This document shows, in pieces, positions 45,298 through 54,471 of a stretch of 59,603 nt of DNA (the first letter of the stretch is position 1; each line of letters opens with the position of its first letter). Below the pieces are notes generated by a model. That model had not been told where the DNA came from and searched no databases. It saw only the letters and a list, made by a program, of their open reading frames with translations. Position numbers and translations under genes: made by a program. Source of the stretch: Clostridia bacterium (GTDB lineage: Bacteria > Bacillota > Clostridia > TANB77 > CAG-465); assembly GCA_045637095.1 (NCBI GenBank), contig JAZTYX010000045.1, positions 1 through 59,603 on the forward strand, read 5' to 3'.

Positions 45298-45957
45298 ATG
45301 TCGAAAGTAAAAAAGATATTAATATCTGCTGCAATTTCATTAGTTATATTGTTAATAGCAACATACATAGTAAATTTTAATCAAAATAAAAATATAGTAG
45401 AAATTCCAGTTGTTTTAACCAATATTAAAGAGGGTTTATCTTTAGATAGAATAGAATATTTGAAAGTTAAGATTAACGGTGTAGACAAGAAAATATTTAA
45501 TGATATCCCAAGCAAACAAGATATAAAAAGTGGAGTAGCAAATAAAATGCTAAACGTTGGTGAAATTTTGCTTAAGAATAAAATTATTTCTAAAGAAGAG
45601 TATTTAGCTAAAGTCAAAGATACAGAAATTATATCTCTTCCAATAAAAGGAGCAACCGAAGGTGTTTCATATAAGTTAAAAAAGGAAGATAAAATAAATG
45701 TATATTATACAGCAAAGAAAAAAGCGGTAGATGAAATATTGAAAACTAAAATAAAAGTGTATAGCACAAACAAAGAAGAAACAATGGTTACATGCTTATT
45801 GTTTCAAAATGTAGAAGTTATCGCATTAACAAACAATATGGGCGTTGAGACAACGGATGGAACTGCAACTAACATATTAGTAAGGCTAAAATCAGATGAT
45901 GTATTAATGGTTGCTAACTTAAAAGAACAAGGAGTGTTTACGTATTCTTTAATTTAG
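45298..45957 (+). CDS. CpaB/RcpC-like Flp pilus assembly protein (SAF domain)
   Basis: N-terminal TM, SAF-like IVEIPVVLTNIKEGLSL, C-terminal LFQNVEVIAL...ILVRLKSDDVLMVANLKEQG resembling CpaB. Confidence 0.55.
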   Translation: MSKVKKILISAAISLVILLIATYIVNFNQNKNIVEIPVVLTNIKEGLSLDRIEYLKVKINGVDKKIFNDIPSKQDIKSGVANKMLNVGEILLKNKIISKEEYLAKVKDTEIISLPIKGATEGVSYKLKKEDKINVYYTAKKKAVDEILKTKIKVYSTNKEETMVTCLLFQNVEVIALTNNMGVETTDGTATNILVRLKSDDVLMVANLKEQGVFTYSLI

Positions 45958-45969
45958 GAGGTGGATAGT

Positions 45970-46362
45970 GTGGATATATTAATAGTTATAGATAAAAAAG
46001 ACAAGAAAAAGTTTATAAAAAGAGCGGAAGAAATAAAACACATGTTAAAGGAACGAAGGGTGAGAGTAAAAGATGATATAACAGATGGAAAATTAGGAGT
46101 AAACAATGCAACATTGTGTTTGCTTTTTTCTAATGATGCAGGCTATGTGAAAGAAATATGTGTAAGCAAAAAGTTGGATGCTATTTGTATTACGAGTAGG
46201 CTTGAAACAGCATATATCTTAGAAATTTTGGAAAAGGTAAAAGATATACATTTTCTTAATACATCTACGGAAGAAATATGCGAAAGAATATTAAGTTATA
46301 TTAATTTAATTGAAAATAGAAAGAAGTGTATGAAAAATGAATTTTACTTTAAAGAAAAATAG
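45970..46362 (+). CDS. Hypothetical cytoplasmic protein in the Tad-like cluster (possibly receiver/CpaE-N-like fold)
   Basis: GTG at 45970 is 8 nt after AGGAGG. Begins with a beta-strand-like ILIVIDKKD. No catalytic motif seen. Confidence 0.35.
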   Translation: MDILIVIDKKDKKKFIKRAEEIKHMLKERRVRVKDDITDGKLGVNNATLCLLFSNDAGYVKEICVSKKLDAICITSRLETAYILEILEKVKDIHFLNTSTEEICERILSYINLIENRKKCMKNEFYFKEK

Positions 46363-46879
46363 AGCCCTTTGGCTAACAGCTTTTTTAATAATAAGTTTTT
46401 TTATATGTGTATCGTTAATTATGAATGCAAACGGTAAAACTAATAATGATGACGAAGGTGTTGTAGAAACTATTGATTTAAGTAAGTTTGAAATAAACAA
46501 CAGAGCAAAATTAGTTAAGGACAAAACGGTATATATTGGAGAAAACTTAAAGGAACTAGAAAATTCTTTTTATGATATTAAAATATCCACTATAAATAAC
46601 ACGCTGGAAGTAACATTAAATAAACTTTGGCAAACTAAATGGGATAAAGATTATATAGAAGATAAATATCTAATAGAAATAGTAAAATGTATAGTTAATA
46701 CATTAGAAATAGACAGTGTTAAAGAGGATGTGGAGTATGAATTATACAAATACATTAAGCAGAATTTTATAAAAGTCAAGAACAAGGAAAGCGTAGAAAA
46801 ATTAGAATTGGAAAGTATTATAGTAAATGCAGAACATAAAGAAGGAGAATGTGTTCTATATATTAAAAAGGAAGTATAA
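46337..46879 (+). CDS. Membrane-anchored hypothetical protein
   Basis: N-terminal TM ALWLTAFLIISFFICVSLIM. Overlaps both neighbours. Confidence 0.4.
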   Translation: MNFTLKKNRALWLTAFLIISFFICVSLIMNANGKTNNDDEGVVETIDLSKFEINNRAKLVKDKTVYIGENLKELENSFYDIKISTINNTLEVTLNKLWQTKWDKDYIEDKYLIEIVKCIVNTLEIDSVKEDVEYELYKYIKQNFIKVKNKESVEKLELESIIVNAEHKEGECVLYIKKEV

Positions 46880-48468
46880 TGATGAAAAATAGAATAATTA
46901 AAATATTAGTTTTTGCGTTAGTGATTTGCAGTATAAATAAGATTTATGCTTTGACGGATGATTTTATATTTACTATAGAAACTGTTGGAATTCCTAGGTA
47001 TAACTCATACGGGAAAGAAATAAGTGAAGATGTATATATCGCATATAATATTTTTGCATATTCTGAACCGCATAAAATATCTAGTAATAATCAACGATGG
47101 AAGAATTCGAAATATGGTTATTGGGCCAAAGGAAAAGGTAGATACACTGGAAGCGGAACTAGAGGGGAATACTATGTAATAGGCTATACATATAGCGGTG
47201 AAGAAATTTTTAACTATTATTTTCCTATGGATTCTATTCCAACAACAACTCCAGAATCATGGACCTTTTATACTTACCCCATCGCAGAAGAAAGCTGGCA
47301 AGACACAACTATGTACAAGTATGAAGAACAAATAACACATATGCTTAAATCTAAACTTATGTTTAACGATTTGTCCAGTACTGCAAAAGCAAACAATCCG
47401 CAATATATTAAAGAATATAATATAACTGCTGAAGAAATAGGAAAGAAAAAAGCAAGACTAGAAACAGCAGCAACATGGAGAACATACGGCATGATTTCTA
47501 CTCGTAGAAAAATATCTGGAGTAATATATAAGCAAGTGTACTTGGTAAAACCGATGGCAGCAGATGCAGAAGTGAAAGTGTCGTTAGATGTAAAAGATAA
47601 CTATATATTAACTGAAGATAACGATGAGTTATTAATTCCAATAACTTATAGTGCAGAAATATTAAATATGACAGGTTATGCTAATGAGAAACATGTAAAA
47701 GAAATTAAAACCATGGTATATGTAGATGGAGAAAAATTAGATGAAATAAGTGGCAGTAAAATTACAAAAGTGGGCGGAGAATATATGCTTGTAATAACTA
47801 GAGATAATTACCCCCAAACCCCGGAAAAAATAATAACAGTAACTGTAGATGGATATATGCACACAGAATTTGCAGTTGACGGACTCATGAGAGATAGTAT
47901 AAGCAAAAGCATCACTTTAACAATAGAACCGAAGAAAATATCCCCCTTAAATGATATAAACTTCGCTGTATTAGGAAAACAGAATAATACAATGGTTGTA
48001 AGTTCGCTAGCCCAAAACATCGAGACTAATTTACAAGAAACTATAGGTTTTATAGAAGCTGGTAGGACATTAGCAGTAAAGCTAGATTTATCGGTGGATA
48101 ATGTGGAAAACATAGAAGCTAAATTAAGCGAAAAGAACATAAACATCAATAAGTTAGTTGAAACAAAAAATACTATGATATTAGGGATAAATATTCCAGA
48201 AGAGATTGAAACCACCCTTTATGGTGAAGATAGTTTGCGTGAAGAATGTAATAACTATTTTAGTATAAATAAAGCGGACGTAGGAAGTAGAAAAAGAGAA
48301 CCATATGTCTTAAAAATAATAGTAAACTACTTGGGTAGGCAACATATAGAAGAAGTAAAAATAGATATATTAGATACATTTCTTTCTAATATGAATAGTG
48401 AAACACATGTAACAAATAGTGCAGGAGCAAACACTAAAATGAATCTAAATATGTGGATGGATTTATGA
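46879..48468 (+). CDS. Large secreted protein of unknown function
   Basis: Signal peptide MMKNRIIKILVFALVICSINKIYA. 529 aa, no recognised motif. taATG coupling to the upstream gene. Confidence 0.5.
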   Translation: MMKNRIIKILVFALVICSINKIYALTDDFIFTIETVGIPRYNSYGKEISEDVYIAYNIFAYSEPHKISSNNQRWKNSKYGYWAKGKGRYTGSGTRGEYYVIGYTYSGEEIFNYYFPMDSIPTTTPESWTFYTYPIAEESWQDTTMYKYEEQITHMLKSKLMFNDLSSTAKANNPQYIKEYNITAEEIGKKKARLETAATWRTYGMISTRRKISGVIYKQVYLVKPMAADAEVKVSLDVKDNYILTEDNDELLIPITYSAEILNMTGYANEKHVKEIKTMVYVDGEKLDEISGSKITKVGGEYMLVITRDNYPQTPEKIITVTVDGYMHTEFAVDGLMRDSISKSITLTIEPKKISPLNDINFAVLGKQNNTMVVSSLAQNIETNLQETIGFIEAGRTLAVKLDLSVDNVENIEAKLSEKNININKLVETKNTMILGINIPEEIETTLYGEDSLREECNNYFSINKADVGSRKREPYVLKIIVNYLGRQHIEEVKIDILDTFLSNMNSETHVTNSAGANTKMNLNMWMDL

Positions 48469-48890
48469 AAAAAGGAATAATAAATATTTGTTTTATGTTC
48501 TTTGGAATCATATTAATATTTATTTTAACATTTGTATATATCTTGCATTTTCAAGTTGGTACAATAATTAAAAATATTAAATCCGATTTGTATTATACGC
48601 TCATGGATGGTATCTTAGAGTTAGATAAAGAGGAATTATCTTACTCTAAATATAGCGTTAATAATTATGAGTTAGAAAAACGTTTAGAAAAGTGGACTGA
48701 CGAAATTGCTCGAAAAGAAATAAATGTAAAAAATGTTGAAATAAAAGAAATATTAACAGATATGCTAACCGACAAGGCAAAAATAAAGGTAAAGCTAAAA
48801 GTGACATTTATGCCTTTGGTAAAAATTAGAGATAAATTAAGCTTTTACTTAGAAGATGAAATAGATTTAATGTTATTAAAATATAAATAG
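48465..48890 (+). CDS. TadE-like/pseudopilin-like membrane-anchored protein
   Basis: The ATG overlaps the TGA of the upstream gene (ATGA). N-terminal TM ICFMFFGIILIFILTFVYIL, then a beta-rich domain. Confidence 0.4.
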   Translation: MKKGIINICFMFFGIILIFILTFVYILHFQVGTIIKNIKSDLYYTLMDGILELDKEELSYSKYSVNNYELEKRLEKWTDEIARKEINVKNVEIKEILTDMLTDKAKIKVKLKVTFMPLVKIRDKLSFYLEDEIDLMLLKYK

Positions 48891-48898
48891 GAGATAGG

Positions 48899-49300
48899 AT
48901 GAAAAACAAAAAAGGAAACATATCATATATATTAACATTATTGTTTTCTGTTGGTATGTTGTTATTGACAATAATAACAGTAATAAATATGCTTATGCCA
49001 TTTATATGGTATCAAAAACTAGAAAATATAGCATCTAAGTATGTATACATAGTAGAAAGATTTGGATATATAACAGACATGGAGAAAGAGACGATGTTAA
49101 ATGAACTTAAAAATGATGGTTTTGATGTTAGTAAAATCACTTTTGTTTGCCCGGAAAACAGACTTACTTTTGGTGAGCCGTTTGAGTTTAGAATAACATA
49201 TAAATTAAATATAAATAATATAGCTTTTGGTAATGAAATAAAACGTGAAACAAAAGAAATATTGCTTCACGTAAGGAAATATGGGTATTCTAAAATATAA
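48899..49300 (+). CDS. DUF4320/TadE-like membrane-anchored protein
   Basis: N-terminal TM ISYILTLLFSVGMLLLTIITVINML. ...VERFGYITDMEKETMLNELKNDGFD... resembles Firmicute Tad-locus minor proteins. RBS aggaga. Confidence 0.4.
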   Translation: MKNKKGNISYILTLLFSVGMLLLTIITVINMLMPFIWYQKLENIASKYVYIVERFGYITDMEKETMLNELKNDGFDVSKITFVCPENRLTFGEPFEFRITYKLNINNIAFGNEIKRETKEILLHVRKYGYSKI

Positions 49301-49863
49301 TTAATAGAGGCGTTGCTGAAAAGAAGAGTAGCATGTTCGTTTAATATATCCTTGAGGTATGAGCTAGAAGAATATTTAGATGCATATTCGGAAAGTAGAG
49401 AATAAGACTTAATAAATTGTGTACATCGTATATCCTTTTTGGAAAATAGTAAGAAAAAATTATTATTAAAATAATACAGCGCACATTTAGGTATGTATAG
49501 ATTCTCTAAGCAGGCTGCGTTTGCAAATTTTTTCAAATCGTTTGAATTATTAAAAGTATATATGTTGCTAGAAATTTTATATACAGTAGTTGCATGAGCT
49601 ATTTCGTCTTTACAAGAAACATCAAGCATTTTAGTTATGGTAATAGTGAGCAAATTATCTTCCCTCATAGCTTCAACAAACAATTCATTTGAATCCATTT
49701 CAAATTCTTCGATAAGATGAGTTTCTTCTAATAATTCTAAAAAGAAATCTTCAGCTTTTAGCTTATTTTCTTTAATATCTTTTAATGTAATTTCCTTTTT
49801 TCTTAATTCATCTAAGGTAAGACTAATTTTAGCTTTATTGCTATTTATTCTCTCAACTTTCAA
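49267..49863 (-). CDS. mecA: MecA-like adaptor protein (TTG start)
   Basis: RBS aaaggag 7 nt before the TTG at 49863. (M)KVERINSNKAKISLTLDEL parallels the MecA N-terminus. C-terminal LYYFNNNFFLLF...LLSEYA parallels MecA LYSFENRYYLYV...LLEYA. Confidence 0.7.
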   Translation of the reverse strand: MKVERINSNKAKISLTLDELRKKEITLKDIKENKLKAEDFFLELLEETHLIEEFEMDSNELFVEAMREDNLLTITITKMLDVSCKDEIAHATTVYKISSNIYTFNNSNDLKKFANAACLENLYIPKCALYYFNNNFFLLFSKKDIRCTQFIKSYSLLSEYASKYSSSSYLKDILNEHATLLFSNASINYILEYPYFLT

Positions 49864-49990
49864 GCCAAAACTCCTTTCAAAAAACAAATTTATATATTAT
49901 ATGAAAAGTAATCTTATATGGTTAATATACAGATATTCTTTTCTTTGAAAAACAAAATTATACAAAAATAAATGCAAAAAATAAAAAAAC

Positions 49991-50019
49991 TTGAAATTAC
50001 ATAACTCTTATGCTATAAT
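49991..50019 (+). promoter_or_regulatory. Sigma-A-type promoter of the rpsF-ssb-rpsR operon
   Basis: TTGAAA (49991-49996), 17-nt spacer, TATAAT (50014-50019). Confidence 0.6.
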
Positions 50020-50025
50020 ATCTAC

Positions 50026-50081
50026 GTTAGTTTCCTTGCTCTTAACAAAGATTAAGGGCCTAGACCAAGAGGAGGTGTAAA
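50026..50081 (+). promoter_or_regulatory. 5' leader of rpsF (possible S6:S18 autoregulatory leader)
   Basis: About 55 nt of leader between the -10 and the rpsF ATG. An rpsF leader bound by S6:S18 is known in many bacteria. The structure was not verified here. Confidence 0.25.
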
Positions 50082-50369
50082 ATGATGAACACATATGAAG
50101 CAGTAGTAATACTAACAACTAAATTATCTGACGAAGATAAAGAAGCTGTTAAAACAAAAATATCTGATCTTGTAGCTGCAAACGGTGAAGTTATAAGCGT
50201 AGATGATTGGAAAACTAAAAAATTAGCATATGAAATCAAGCATGAAACTGAAGGTGTATATTTCTTATATACATTCAAAGCAAATCCTGAATTCATAGCT
50301 GAATTTGAAAGAGTTTTAAGAATTGATACTAGCGTGCTAAAACACATGGTTATCAAAAAAGAAGCGTAA
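50082..50369 (+). CDS. rpsF: 30S ribosomal protein S6
   Basis: YEAVVIL...WKTKKLAYEIK typical S6 sequence. RBS aggagg. Confidence 0.95.
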   Translation: MMNTYEAVVILTTKLSDEDKEAVKTKISDLVAANGEVISVDDWKTKKLAYEIKHETEGVYFLYTFKANPEFIAEFERVLRIDTSVLKHMVIKKEA

Positions 50370-50395
50370 TATCCGAAATTTAGGAGGAATAAAAA

Positions 50396-50812
50396 ATGAA
50401 CAAATTTGAATTTTTAGGAAGACTAACAAAGGATCCGGAAGTAAGATATACATCTGGTAACAACACTCAAGTAACAACATTTACAATCGCTGTAAATAGA
50501 AGATTTGTTGCTCAAGGTGGCGAAAGACAATCAGATTTCTTTAACTTAACAGCATTCGGTAAAACGGCAGAATTTTGTGCTAAATACTTTAAAAAAGGAC
50601 AACAAGTTCTTGTAACAGGTAGAATACAAAATAGATCATGGGATGATGCTACAACTGGTCAAAAGAGATATGCAACAGACTTTATAGTCGAAGATACATA
50701 TTTTGCAGACGCAAAAAGAGAAGGAGCAGGTTCTTATGATGGACCAATGCCAACAAGTACTGATGCCGGAGACTTCATAGCAGTAGATGAGACAGAGGAA
50801 TTACCATTCTAG
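50396..50812 (+). CDS. ssb: Single-stranded DNA-binding protein
   Basis: [21 protein letters not shown]-fold start. Acidic tail ending EELPF. Confidence 0.95.
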   Translation: MNKFEFLGRLTKDPEVRYTSGNNTQVTTFTIAVNRRFVAQGGERQSDFFNLTAFGKTAEFCAKYFKKGQQVLVTGRIQNRSWDDATTGQKRYATDFIVEDTYFADAKREGAGSYDGPMPTSTDAGDFIAVDETEELPF

Positions 50813-50840
50813 TCTCAAATTAATGAAAGGAGTTATTAAA

Positions 50841-51098
50841 ATGGCAGATAATAAAAAACGTACAGCAGGAAAAGATAAATCTTTTAGAAGACCAAGAAAA
50901 AAAGTTTGTCAATTCTGCGCAGACAAATCTATAGAAATTGATTACAAAAACGTTGAACAATTAAAAAGATTTGTAAGTGAAAAAGGTAAAATATTACCAA
51001 GACGTGTAACTGGCGCTTGTGCTTTACACCAAAGAAAAGTAAACGAAGCCGTTAAAAGAGCAAGAACAATTGCACTTTTACCTTACACAGCTGAATAA
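50841..51098 (+). CDS. rpsR: 30S ribosomal protein S18
   Basis: Start trimmed to MADNKK (RBS aaaggag). CQFCADK...IDYKN...[15 protein letters not shown] typical S18. Confidence 0.95.
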   Translation: MADNKKRTAGKDKSFRRPRKKVCQFCADKSIEIDYKNVEQLKRFVSEKGKILPRRVTGACALHQRKVNEAVKRARTIALLPYTAE

Positions 51099-51126
51099 TT
51101 GGTAAATTAATATATAATAGATAAAT

Positions 51127-51161
51127 AAAACACACCAAGGATTTCCTTGGTGTGTTTTTTG
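51127..51161. terminator. Bidirectional hairpin acacaccaagg/ccttggtgtgt
   Basis: 11-bp perfect stem with an A-run and a T-run, between rpsR and the convergent AAA-CYTH gene. Confidence 0.75.
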
Positions 51162-51166
51162 TCGTA

Positions 51167-52243
51167 TTACTTTGCTTTTGCAAGCGCAGCGTTTTTGTAA
51201 TTCGGATCGTCCGTAACCTCGCGGATAACAGTAATCCATTCCGGAAGAATAACTTCCTGGGTTTCTTCGGTGAGCTCAATTTCAAGAATTGCTTCATCTT
51301 CCCAGTCGGGATAGACATCGAGCTCGAAGTATTGATTCTGATGCAAGAAACAGTATCGGTCTTTTCTTAAAGATTTTTCTCCTTCAAGAAGCAAAGAAAG
51401 ATATTCTTGAACGCTGATTCTACGTTCGGTTTCTTGTCTGGACATATCCGAAAGAGTAACCTTTTCGGTATAGTAGTAGGAGAAGTTAGAACCATCTCCA
51501 CGCTGACGAACGCGTCTTTCGGTGCCGGGTGTGGTAACCTTAAGATAGGTTTGGAGAATGCTTGTCTTAACAATATCCTCTCTTTCCATAAGCTTTTCAA
51601 GGTTGGGTTTTTTGATCAAATATTTTCTTTCAATTTCTACAGGTACAGGTAATCCCATAACGATAAATATCTCCTTTAACAGTCTGTCGATTTTTTCTTT
51701 AAAAGGTGTAGAGTTGTCTATAACTCTAAGGTGAGAGTGCCCAACCCATGCGTTTCTGGTCTTAAGATCGGCATCTCTTGCTTGCTCGGGTGTTTCTGTT
51801 CTAGCTTTGTTGTTAGCCAAAGTATAAGATTCTTCTGCACCGTCTGCAGCGGTAACAAGGTGAAATACTGCGTCGTATTGATCTCGTGCTTCGGTATAGG
51901 TGATGAGATTGTGAGCTAAGATTTCAATGAAATCTGCAAGTTCTGTGTAAGCCTTTCCATCCATAAGGCCACGGTCGTAGATGATTACAGTGTCTTTACC
52001 AAGAAACCGTGCGGCTTCACGAGTTGTTTTCTCCTTATTGAGGCTGCGATTGGTTAAAAGGTCTTGGAATACATTTTGACCAAGCTCCCAAGGTGTAATG
52101 CCAGAGTTAATAAGCTCAGTTGCGGTTTCGGGTACTATGATAACTTTGAAGCCTTTTTTGGTAAGGACTTGCTCGATGACGCTTAATGCAGTTGTTTTAC
52201 CTGCACATGGACCGCCGGTTAAGACAAATTCCCAAAGTTGCAT
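51167..52243 (-). CDS. P-loop NTPase/kinase-like domain (AAA_28/NadR-like) fused to a CYTH (triphosphate tunnel metalloenzyme) domain
   Basis: Walker A LTGGPCAGKTT and Walker B-like VIIYDRG in the N-half. CYTH signature EIERKYL (ExExK) begins the C-half. Non-host codon usage. Confidence 0.65.
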   Translation of the reverse strand: MQLWEFVLTGGPCAGKTTALSVIEQVLTKKGFKVIIVPETATELINSGITPWELGQNVFQDLLTNRSLNKEKTTREAARFLGKDTVIIYDRGLMDGKAYTELADFIEILAHNLITYTEARDQYDAVFHLVTAADGAEESYTLANNKARTETPEQARDADLKTRNAWVGHSHLRVIDNSTPFKEKIDRLLKEIFIVMGLPVPVEIERKYLIKKPNLEKLMEREDIVKTSILQTYLKVTTPGTERRVRQRGDGSNFSYYYTEKVTLSDMSRQETERRISVQEYLSLLLEGEKSLRKDRYCFLHQNQYFELDVYPDWEDEAILEIELTEETQEVILPEWITVIREVTDDPNYKNAALAKAK

Positions 52244-52438
52244 GCTAAAAATCCTCCTATTATTTTTTAATTACATATATTAACATGTAAACTATTAATA
52301 TTGTTCACAAAGAGTATACATTACGAAGTGCAAAAAGTCAATTTAAGTGGCTAAAAATAAGGCTTTTTTAACATTAAGATTTCGTTGACAATAAGACTTA
52401 AATGTAGTAGAATATTATGTGTGAAAAAAGGTGGGTTT

Positions 52439-54424
52439 ATGAAAAACAAAAACCAAAAATTAGTAACAGAAAAAGGATATAAAAGAATGATAGCCAAAAC
52501 AATAATGAGTCCATTAATATATTTGGTCGTTATTGTTATGCTTGCTACAAATAATCAAATAATGAATCCTGAAAATAATATAACAAATTTATTAATAATT
52601 GCGCTTATGGCAGCGTATACAGTATCTATACTATATTCAGAACTTAGACTTAGAGCGTCGAGAGTTGAACAATTAAAACTTGGCTTCGAAAATGCTATTG
52701 GTAAAAATGTTCGTAGTCTTAGATTACCAATTATGTTTATATCTAATACAGGCAAAGTTGTTTGGGAGAATACAATAAGTGCGGAATTAGAAATAAAAGA
52801 ATTTCTAATGGAACTAATTGTTGAGTTAAACAAAACAAGTAGAAAAGAAAATGCTAAATTTAAAGTGGCAGATAAAGAATTTCAATTACATATAACAGAT
52901 ATGTTAATTGGAGATGAATATGGAAAGCTTGTAATATTTGCGGATGTTACTAAAGAATCTAGCCTTGAAAAAGCACTTGAAGATAAACGTACTACAGTTG
53001 GTGTAATAACAATAGACAGCTATGATGATGTATTACAAGGACTAGATGAATTAGATAAAGTAACAACAATATCTGGAATAGATAAAGAAATAATGTCTTG
53101 GATAGGTAAATACGAAGGTATTGTAAGCAAGATAGAAAAAGATAAATATATATATTTTATAGAAAAACAATATGTAAGAGAGCTTGAAGAGAATTCTTTT
53201 GAAATACTAGAAAGAATTAACAAGGTTTCTGAAGACAAAGTTAAAATACCAGTAACAATAAGTATCGGATTATCTTATGATGAAGATACTTTATCTGGTA
53301 GATACAAATCTGCTATGACGGCTCTAGATGTAGCTATGGGTAGAGGTGGAAATCAAGCAGTTATTAAAACTAAAAAGAAATACGATATGTATGGAGATAC
53401 AGGTAAACAATTAGAAAAAACAACTAGAGTAAGAGCTAGAATGATATCTCAATCGTTAAAAGAATTAATACAAAACGTAGAAAATGTATATATTATGGGG
53501 CACAAAAATACAGATATAGACTGTATAGGTGCTGCAGTTGGTATATACAAAGTAGCTAAAACGTTAGGTAAAGAAGCAAAAATAATAGTAGATTTAAGAA
53601 ATAATAGTTCTACTAGATATTCTGTAGATAGACTTAGTGAATTAAAAGAATACCAAGATGCATTCGTTGGAAAAGATGCGGCAAGCAAACTAACTTTTGA
53701 GAACTCACTTCTTGTAGTTGTAGATACACATAAACAAAGTTATCTAGCAGCTCCGGATATACTAGAAGAATTCGATAAAATAGTAGTAATAGACCACCAT
53801 AGACGTGGACCAGAGTTTATAGAAAATCCAATACTAACATATCATGAAGTATATGCATCTTCTACATCAGAACTTGTAACAGAACTTCTAATGTGTATGG
53901 ATGAGGTAAAACTAGAACCAAGAGAAGCTGAAGCATTATTTAGTGGAATAGTAATAGACACTAAAAACTTTACATTCAAAACTGGTGTAAGAACATTTGA
54001 AGCATCAGCATACTTAAAGAAAACAGGATTAGATATAACAGAACTTAAGCATATGTTTCAAAACGATTTTGAAACATATATGGCAAAAGTAAATATTGTT
54101 AAAAACGCAGAAATAATTGATGGAAAGATAGCAATGTCTATCTGCAAGGAAGAACATGAAAATATTTCTGTAATAACAGCTCAAGCAGCAGACGAACTTT
54201 TATCTATAACAGGTGTTGTAGCATCGTTTGTTTTATGTGAGCAAAATGGAACAGTAAATATTTCTGGAAGATCTCTAGGAGATATAAACGTTCAAGTAAT
54301 ATTAGAAAAAATGGGCGGTGGTGGACACATCACATTTGCAGGAGCACAACTTACAGGTGTAACAGCAGAAGAAGCCAAAGAAAAACTATTAGGAATAATA
54401 GAAGAATATTCATTAAAAGATTAA
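52439..54424 (+). CDS. gdpP: Cyclic-di-AMP phosphodiesterase GdpP (DHH/DHHA1)
   Basis: Start trimmed to MKNKNQ (RBS aaggtggg). Two N-terminal TMs. DHH motifs GHKNTDIDCIGA, VVDTHK, VIDHHRR. DHHA1 GGGGH. Confidence 0.85.
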   Translation: MKNKNQKLVTEKGYKRMIAKTIMSPLIYLVVIVMLATNNQIMNPENNITNLLIIALMAAYTVSILYSELRLRASRVEQLKLGFENAIGKNVRSLRLPIMFISNTGKVVWENTISAELEIKEFLMELIVELNKTSRKENAKFKVADKEFQLHITDMLIGDEYGKLVIFADVTKESSLEKALEDKRTTVGVITIDSYDDVLQGLDELDKVTTISGIDKEIMSWIGKYEGIVSKIEKDKYIYFIEKQYVRELEENSFEILERINKVSEDKVKIPVTISIGLSYDEDTLSGRYKSAMTALDVAMGRGGNQAVIKTKKKYDMYGDTGKQLEKTTRVRARMISQSLKELIQNVENVYIMGHKNTDIDCIGAAVGIYKVAKTLGKEAKIIVDLRNNSSTRYSVDRLSELKEYQDAFVGKDAASKLTFENSLLVVVDTHKQSYLAAPDILEEFDKIVVIDHHRRGPEFIENPILTYHEVYASSTSELVTELLMCMDEVKLEPREAEALFSGIVIDTKNFTFKTGVRTFEASAYLKKTGLDITELKHMFQNDFETYMAKVNIVKNAEIIDGKIAMSICKEEHENISVITAQAADELLSITGVVASFVLCEQNGTVNISGRSLGDINVQVILEKMGGGGHITFAGAQLTGVTAEEAKEKLLGIIEEYSLKD

Positions 54425-54471
54425 AACCAAAATATAAAGATAATAAAAAATAGGTAAAGGAGGAAACATAA

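Noticed and set aside
45299-45305. Fourth perfect TGTCGAA heptamer
   Set aside because: It overlaps the start codon of the CpaB-like gene (ATG TCG AAA = Met-Ser-Lys). It is most simply a coding coincidence, so it is not counted as a regulatory site, although a role cannot be excluded.
49267-49300. 34-nt convergent overlap between the last Tad-like gene and the mecA-like gene
   Set aside because: Both ORFs are otherwise well supported. Short convergent overlaps occur in compact genomes, and no regulatory inference can be drawn from the sequence alone.
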